NCBI GenBank assembly: GCA_040755315.1
Contig: JBFMBF010000002.1
Location: forward strand, 13,361 to 77,360
From: Candidatus Hadarchaeota archaeon
Lineage (GTDB): Archaea > Hadarchaeota > Hadarchaeia > Hadarchaeales > Hadarchaeaceae
Length of the DNA stretch: 64,000 nucleotides
Direction of reading: 5' to 3'
Under the pieces are notes generated by a model that was not told where the DNA came from, made no database searches, and worked only from the letters and a program-made list of their open reading frames with translations. The translations under genes were made by a program, and so were the position numbers. This document shows positions 53,797-62,700 of this stretch, in pieces. Position 1 is the stretch's first letter; each line of letters begins with the position of its first letter.

Positions 53797-56700
53797 TTAC
53801 CACTCTTCTTCTTTCGGTGCTTTTGGCATTTTTGGAGCACTTGGACCACTTGGGGCTTTTGGCATTTTTGGAATACCCATTTCAGGTTTTCTAAACTTCT
53901 TGAACGCTACCACAGCCACAACCGCAAACACTCCAACAGCTGCCCCGGCACCGATAATCACAATATCTGGTGCTCCCGTTGTCCCTCCACTAGGTGGTGG
54001 CGGAGATGAGCCTGGCAGAGTTGAGCTTGTTGAAATGTAGATGCTCAAGCTTTGAGTGTCTGTCTGTGAATTCGCATCCATAACTTTCACCGTGAAGTCG
54101 AATGTTTCTTGAGCGGATGGTATTCCTGAAATCGTTCCCCCTGTGGACAAGTTCAATCCAGCTGGGAGCGACCCGCTGTGTAAAGACCATGTATACGGAG
54201 GAGTCCCTCCGGTGGCAGATAGGTTCTGACTGTAAAGTGTGCCCACCGTCCCATTTGGAAGAGTTAGTGTCGTTATATTCGGTGATGAAGATGATGGTGC
54301 AGCGGTAACAGTCAGCGAGAAGACTTGAGATGACTGCGCACCGCCACCGCTTGCAGTTATGGTTATCTGGCAAGAGGAAGCTCCCGTCGCGGTGGTTATC
54401 CTCAACTTTGTTGTAAACGGAGGGGCACCGGAGGATGATCCCACCCATGACGCCGAAATATTGGATGGCAGCGCGTCGTACGACAAGGATGCAGAGGAAA
54501 CCCCGCTTGCTGTAACGCCCACATTCACATCTACGGACTCTCCAGCCACGACAGTAGCGCTGCTTGGAGAGATTGAAACGCTGATGGAGGCACTGCTTCC
54601 AGGCGACCCGGGCTGCTCAGGCGGCGGCGGAGGGGGTGGAGGAGGCGATGATTCTTGAACTGTCACAGATGCAGAGTTTTCCTGAGATACATTGGTGGCA
54701 TTGTCCCAAACCCTAACCTTGATGGTGTGGCCGCCAACACCAAGCCCTGAAACGGTGAAGTTAGCCGAAACATTTTCCCAGTTGCCGCTGTCCACCATTC
54801 GTTCGATGTTTTTCACCCCGCTCATGGCATCCGTCGCGGTCACGATGAAAGAGGCGTCTGCTCCAGAATTAATAGTTTGAGACAACGGGCTCAGGGCCGC
54901 ATGCGGGTTTGTTGCATCGACGCCGAACCATCTGCTCTCTGACCAAGGACCTTGGTTGCCAGCGTTGTCTATGCCGCGGACTCTTCGGTAGTAGTTGTTA
55001 TCGGGAAGCTCGGTTGGAATGGTGAAGATTACCGTATTGTCGCAAACGGCGTTGTCGTAAATCCACGCATTGTCGTAAATCATGTTTTCATGCGAGTTGT
55101 CGGTTGAAATCTGCAGCTGGTACCTCCATAGTTTTTTGTTGTCTGTGTCGTATATCTCTCCCCACATGAAAGTTGGGGCGTTGTCTTTGTGCCAGGTGTT
55201 TTCCAGCCACTGCGGGGGCTGGGCAGGCGCCGTGACATCAATGACAAAGCTCCAGACAAGTTCTGTGTAGTGCGGCCCGCCAGCGCCAGCCGAAATATTG
55301 TCGTACACCTGCAACTTCAAATAGTATGTATTTTCAGCAAGCTCGACTTGCATGAAGTTGTCGGTCCTGATCCTGATGCGTGTCCCGTCCCGGTTTTCAA
55401 GGTAACTATTTTCCGATTGGATAAGCATCGCCCCGGAAAATGTATTTTCGTTGTCAAGCCAAAGCCTGAAGTTCTCCAGGATGCCAGCGCCTTGGTCTGT
55501 GATCAATAACCACAACCGCGGGGTGTTGTCGCGTATGAATCCAATGTTTTCCAATGTCACGTAATTGTTTTCGCGTTTGTTCTCGTTTTCCTCGAATAGG
55601 GTGATTTGCAGCCTGTAGTTCTCAACTTTCGGCGGCTGCGTGTCAATAATCAGTGTCCTGTTTTCAGACCACTGTCCGATGTTGCCAGCGCCTTCTTCCG
55701 CCCTTACCCTCCAGTAATAAAGTCCATCCAGTAGCTCGGCGCCAAGCTGCAGGCTTGAGCTGTTAAGTCCCCCAGAATCATAAATTGCGCTGGAGAAGTC
55801 GTTGTCGTTGTCAACTACGGTCCAGTAGGTCACGCCGCTTTCGTTTGCGACCCCCAGCCAGTCGAAAAGTGGAGTATTGTCATCTTTTAGGAAGTTTACC
55901 GGAGATTCCAAAGTCGGCGCCGCTGGCGGGATTGTGTCTATTAACAACCACCTTGATGAGGAAATAGACGAGTTCCCAGAGTTGTCTGTGGCAACCACCC
56001 TCCAGTAAAGTATCCCGTTCGGCAGCTCGCTTACAGCGGTGTGTGAGTTGTCAAGGATGTTCTCATTGTCGTATACATACGGGAGTGTAAAGTCCGCGTC
56101 ATAGTCCAATTGGATCCGGTATTTAACTCCTGAAAAGTCATAAACGGCTGACCAAGTGAACGATGGAGTGTTGTCGTTTGTAAGGAGCCCATTTTGTGGT
56201 GAACTGAGGGATGGTGCCGGCGGGGCCTGCACGTCTACTTTGAAGCTTCTAGCAGATGTGAACCCACTCGCGTTGCCTGCATTGTCCCCTGATTGCACGG
56301 CCCAGTAGTATAGGTTGTCTGTTAGAGCTTCAATTTCTGAAAGCATGTACAGGTTTTCTTTAATGTTGGACTTTCTGCGGACGACAAGAGCGAGGGCGTT
56401 GTCTTGGGATATGACAAGCTCGTAGTTATCTGCATTTTCAACCGTTGACCACCTGAAAGTCGGTTTTGAGGTGTTTTCCGCGCTCCCTTCGGCAGGCGAC
56501 ACTAATGTCGTGCACGCCGGTTTTTGGGTATCTATTATTAACTTTCTGTTGTCGCTCCAGTTTTCATTGCCAACAATGTCAGAGACTTTGACTCCCCAGA
56601 TGTATGTATTGTCTGGTAGCGCATCCCCGTCCGGAATTGTTTGTTCAGAAATACTCAAACCGCTGTACTGTCTGGCGACAGTGTTGTCAAGTCTCCACAC

Positions 56701-59700
56701 AAAAACGCCGTACTGGACTTCACTGATGTCCACCACCGCTTGCCAGTCGAAGCGTGGGGTGTTGTCGTTTGTGAACGAGTTGTTCTCAGGCGATAGTGGA
56801 GTTGGTTTCAGAACTTTCGTGTCAATGTTGAACCAACTATTGCTTGACGAGTTTTCATTTCCAGCGGTATCTCTAACAAATACCCTCCAGTACCAGAGGC
56901 CGTCGGCCAGGGAGTTCTCCGTGTGTGTGTCGAAGTTGTCGCGGTTTTCCGTCAGCTCGGAGTTGTCGTAGATCGGCGAGGAGAAATCATTGTCATTGTC
57001 TACCTGCAGCCTGTAGTTTTCATTGTTTTCCGACTTCGTCCAGCGGAAGACAGGGGTGCTGTCAGTGACGGTCTCATTAAGCGAGGGTTGTAGGAGCGTG
57101 GGGGCGGCGAGAACCGTATCGAGTCTGAACCGGCCCGCAGCCAGACCCCCGCTGTTCCCCGCTCCATCAATTGTTTTAACCCTCCAGTACCACACATTGT
57201 CATAAGTTAAGGAGTTTTCCATGGTGTGCTCGCTCGGGGCGATGTTTTGTTTGTTGTAGATAGGTGAGCTGAAGTCGTTATTGTCGTCTACTTGGAGAGT
57301 GTACGTGACGCCAGAGGTGTCACCGACGCTGCTCCAGTTGAAAAACGGTGTTGGATCGTTGATGTTTTCTCCGTTTTCTGGTTTTTCAAGTGTCGGGGTG
57401 CCTGGGGGGGCGATGTCAATAATAATCCGCCAGTTATCGGACCACTGCCCAAAGTTCTTGGCATTGTCCATGGCCCTCACCCGCCAGTAGTAAATTCCGG
57501 TGGCTGGGAAGTTGTAGGTGAAGTTGTTGTCATTATTCTCATTTTCGTAAGGCGAGGCGAAACTTGGGTCATCGTCAATCTGGATGGCGTAGTTTTCAAA
57601 CCCTGGGGCCCATTCATCGACATTTTCCACCCATGTGAATGTTTGCGCCGCGCGGTTGTCGGCGGTGTTGTTAGGAGGGGACATTAGTGTTGGTTTTCCT
57701 GGAGCCTTGGTGTCAATGACAAGCCTGTAATAATTGGACCAGCCGCTGAAGTTCCTCGCTCGGTCGTACATGCAGACGCGCCAGTAGTAAACGCCGTCGG
57801 CCAAGCCAGCAGCCAGTGTGTTCTCGTTGTCCAAGATGTTTGCGATTGTCACTGGTGATGAGAAGTCGTTGTCGTTGTCTATCTGTAAAGAGTAGTTCTC
57901 AGGTGTTTCTGGCTGTGTCCACTTGAAAGTTGGGGTGTTGTCATTCTCAAACTTGTTGTTGTCCGGCGAAACGGGCGAGGGTGTGCTCGGCGCAGCGTTG
58001 TCGAGATTGAATGTCCAGTTGTCAGACCACCGCACATTGCCTGCGCGGTCCTGGGAGCCGACCCGCCAGTACCAGGTACCTGTCGCGTTCAGCTCATTTT
58101 CCTGTGGCAACTGGAGTGAGGTGCCGGAGATGTTGTCGTTGTCGTAGCGTGGCGAGGCGTAGTTGGAGTCGTCGTCAACTTGCAGCCTGTAAGCCACGAA
58201 GTTAGTGTCACTTCCACCCATCCACCTGAAGCTCGGGCGGTTGTCATTTTCATAGTTTCCTGTTGTTGGCGAGAGCAGGTAAACAGGCGATGGAAAGGCC
58301 GTGTCCACCGTGAATCGATTTTCTCTCCATGATCCGACGTTACCATTGTCGTCCTGCTCGCGTACCCTCCAGTACCACAGGCCTTCGGGCAATGCGTCCG
58401 CGGGGTGGGTGTCAAAGTTGTCGCGGTTTTCATTTATGCTCAAATCATTGTAGTATGGAGAGGAGAAGTCCTCGTCGTTGTCCACCTGCAGGTGGTATGT
58501 GATTGTTGCCGCGCCGGCCCCTGGGAAGGCCGTCGTCCAGCTGAAATATGGCGTGTTGTCAGAGATAAAATAATTGTTCTCAGGGGTGAGAAGAGGCGAA
58601 GGCCCGCCAGTAAAGGCAGTGTTGACGGTGAACTGCCAGGTGTTTTCGGCCTTGTTTTCGTTTTCTGTGCCGGCGCTGTCCATGCTCCACACGCTCCAGT
58701 AGTAAGTCCCGTCCGGATAACCTGGAGAGGGCTTCGTCCACTTGTTGTCCCCCACCACAACCACATTATCTATCGGTGAGGACAAGTCGTTGTCGTTGTC
58801 GACCATTATCCTGTGCTTGGAAGCGTTTGTCCCGTTCTCCCACTGGAACTGTGGCGTGTTGTCCCTGATAGGTACATTGTTCTCCGGGTAAAACAGGGCG
58901 GGCTTCCCAACATAGCTGTAGGTGAACTTCCAGTTGTCCGACCAGTTTTCTGGGTTTATGCCGTCCCTTGCCGAGACCCGCCAGTACCAGGTACCTGTCG
59001 CGTTCAGCTCATTTTCCTGTGGCAACCGGAGTGAGGTGCCGGAGATGTTATTGTTGTCGTAGCGAGGCAAGGAGAAGTCGTTGTCGTTGTCCACCTGTAG
59101 GTGGTATGTGACGCCATTCGGGTCGTTGACAGTGAGCCATGTGAACATTGGGCGGTTGTCCGCCACTACCGAGCTGTTTTTGGGGGAGTATAAAGTCGGG
59201 GCGCGGACGTAGCTCCATATCACATAAACGGGAGACCACGGGCTCGTGTTTCCAGCCCTGTCAATTGCCATGACTCTCCAATAATAGTTGTCTTCCGGAA
59301 GAACGTTCTCGGGGTGCAGATCAAAGTTGTCAAAGTTGTCTTTGAGGATGTTGTCGTAGATCGGCGAGGAGAAGTCGTTCTCGTTGTCTATGACCAATCT
59401 GTACCTCTCATACCTTGAGCTGCTGAGCAAGAAATCGACTGTAACTGCTTGGTTTTCTGTAACGGTGACGCCGGACACGTTGTCACGGTAGCCGTATGCG
59501 CTAGCTCTCAAAGTGTAGTTGCCCGGTGAACTCGACATGGTATAAAATCCATTTTCGTCAGTGATTCCAGTCACGCTTTTTTCAACAATCGTCACAGTCG
59601 CCCCCCGTATCCCGGCCAGTGTTGAAACGTCCCGCACGTAGCCTTTTATTACAGTTCCTCCCCAGGTTTGTGCCATTGTGACTGCGTCGTACGCGTCGAT

Positions 59701-62700
59701 CCGGCCGTACCCGTACCGATCATCTTTGCCAGCTGTGCCTAGGTCAACCGCTGTCCCCTGCAAAATTTGATAAACATCGCTGACCGTCAATGATGGGTTT
59801 GCTTTCAACATCAAAGCCACTGTGCCAGCAACGTGCGGCGTCGCCATGGATGTTCCGCTATATGACGCCCAAGAGCCGCCAGGAATGGAAGAGTAAACAG
59901 ACACGCCGGGTGCGCTGAAGTCAGGCTTTATGTAGCTGTTCGGCCAGTCGCTTGGTGGGGAAGACCACCAGGCTTTGTATACAGTTTCCCCGCTGCTGAA
60001 CGAGGCGATCACGTCACTTGAGTCGGTTGCGCCAATGCCAAAAGCGTCGTAGACGTTGCCAGGTGAACTAGACGATCCATAGTAGTCGTTCCCAATGGCG
60101 GCAACGGGCACCACACCATTTGCCGCCATATTTCTAATTGGTTCTATCAGTGTGTCGTAGTAACCGTACGCACCAAAAGACATGCTTACAACATGGGCCT
60201 TCTGACCGGCAGGGTTGCCATATTGGTTCACCGGGCTTACCGCCCACTGCATCCCGGCTATGACCTGACTGAAACTCCCGCTACCGTAAGGCAGAACCAG
60301 GGCATGCATGAGTTTTGCGCCTGGTGCGACGCCAATCGCAGTCCCACTCGTGTTATCTCCGAGGACTGTGCCCGACGTGTGGGTGCCGTGGTCATCTGTA
60401 TCATGCGGTGTGGAACTCAAGACTCTGCTGCCTAAATCATCAAACTCTATCCAGCCACCGGGATAGGTGGGATCCTCAGCGTTGTCCGTCAACATCTTGC
60501 CTGTGAGGTCCGGGTGCGAGATGCTGACTCCAGTATCTAGAACTGCCACTCTGATCCCGTCCCCGTTGTCCCCCATCGCCCAAACCTGCGGCGCTCTTAT
60601 TTTATCCAGACCCCAAGCGTTTGTTTGAAGTGTCCCGATGTTTTCAGATTCTGGTTTCGGTGCTTGAATAATGAAATCTTCATGGACTTGTTCCACTTCT
60701 TCTAGAGATACGAGTTCGTTCAGGGTGTCAACATTTACCTCGGCAACTACGGCGTTTGCCAGCCAGAACTGGTTCAAAATTCTGGCGCCCTGCCTGCGTA
60801 GAACATTAGTGGCGTTGGCCTGCAAGTTTTGTGCGTGGTTTTTCATCACTTCGGCAGCTTTGTCGGAGCTAACACCACTCAAATCAGCTGACTTAAGCCT
60901 GACAACTATTTTAATTGTTTCGCCTGGTCGAGCCGATTCAAGCTTACGCGCCAGTCCAGGGGCCAGTTTCTCGCGTGCAGACTTCTTTTGCTGTTTTTCA
61001 CCTGCTCCTGCGGTGTCTGCAGACTGAAATGCCGTAATGCCGTTATTGGCACCAAATGATATTGTGGTGCCAGATGTGCTCCCGCTGCTTGAAAAGCCCG
61101 TAAAACTTGATGATGACAAAACTTCGCTCGAGACCCAGTTATCTATGTTTTCGTTCCATCCGAAGTAGGGGGTATTGTCGTCAAAGCCGGAACCGTTTTC
61201 AGGAGAGATCAAAACAGGTGCGCCAGGCGGAATCGTGTCAATGACGAACCACCTAGTTTCTGACCAGCTACCGGTGTTCCCAGCGGAATCGTATGCGCGC
61301 ACTCGCCAGTAGTAGCGGTTGTCCTGGAGGGCCTCCCCGCCCGGAATGTAGTACTCAGATACAGTTATGCCTGAATATGTGCGTGGGGTGCTGAAGTTAG
61401 GCATGTTGTCGATCTGGAGAGTGTAGTTGGGCCCTGTGGAATCTGAAACTGGTCCCCAGTCAAAGAAGGGGGTGTTGTCATTCTGATGGTTGTCGTTCTC
61501 TGGGGAAACAAGCGCCGGGATCCCTGGGGACGTGGAGTCACTACCACAGCTGGCATCAGCTATTCCCGGGGCCGTTTCGGCGTTGTTGGCGCGATCCTTG
61601 GATGTGGTGTAAAACTGATAGAAACCGTCCCCGTTTGGTGGGGTGAAAGTCCACGACCACGGGCTTGCCAGATCGTTGTCGTTTTCCGTCCAATTACTCC
61701 ACCAAACGTTGTCTGTGGAATAACGGTACCAGAGCGTCGCGCGCTCAACCCCGCTTGGCGCGTCGCTCGCGGTGGCCGTGATTGTGAAAGATGGGGAGTT
61801 TTGCCAGTAGGGGATGATTTGGTTCACACTTGAACTTGGAGGAGTTACATCTACTGTTATCATCCTGTATGCAGACCAGTTCTCGTTGTTCAAGTTGTCC
61901 CTGGCCATAACTCGCCAGTAGTAAACATTGTCTGGGAGTTGATTTTCAATCTCAACACTTACTCCGGTTACATTGCCATTATCGTAAATGATGCTTGTGA
62001 ATGCCGAGTTGCGTGATATTTGAAGCCTGTAAACAACTGGACTTGATGGGTCCGCCACAGCGGCCCAGCTGAAGGTCGGGGCATTGTCGTTCTCGTACTT
62101 CCCATCAGTAGGTGATGACAGGGTTGGTGCAGTGACAGTGTTATCCACCCTCAGCCACCAAGTGTCCGACCAGTTTATGCCAACGTTGCCCGCGTTGTCA
62201 ACGGCGCGAACCCGCCAGTAGTAGATGTTGTCAACCAGAGGAATGCCCGACGTGTAGCTTACAGCTGTCGTGTTTTCCCGGATTTCCGGTGAGGAAAAGC
62301 TCAGGTCGTTGTCAACCCATATTTCATATCTTGCCGCGCCAGCCACGGCCGACCACTGGAAGCTTGGAGTGTTGTCCCTCGTGTTTTCACCCGGCGCCGG
62401 CGAGATGAGCAGTGGGGCGTCTGTGGGGGGTTGGGTATCCACAGAAAACTTGTAGATAGATGACCAGCTTCCGACATACCCCCAACTGTCGCTGGCGCGA
62501 ACCCGCCAGTAGTATGAGTTTTCCCCAAGCGCATTTCCAGCAGGCAGAGTGATGGTGTTGTCAGTCATCCCGGAGTTTTCGTAAAATGGAGATCCGCACC
62601 CAGGGTCATTGTCAAGCTGGAAGTCGTAGGTTACACCGGAAAAGTCAAGTGGCCTGGACCACGTGAATGTAGGGGTGTTGTCGTTTGTGAACGAGTTGTT

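Larger units (their letters stand above)
54897..59412 (-). repeat. C-terminal block of about 14.5 FN3-like repeats
   Basis: It has the same consensus as the N-terminal block. It begins with the second half of a repeat ('YERYRLVIDNENDFSSP ... YYWRVMAIDRAGNTSPWS') and ends at '...WSESRWFGVDATNP'. Confidence 0.8.
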
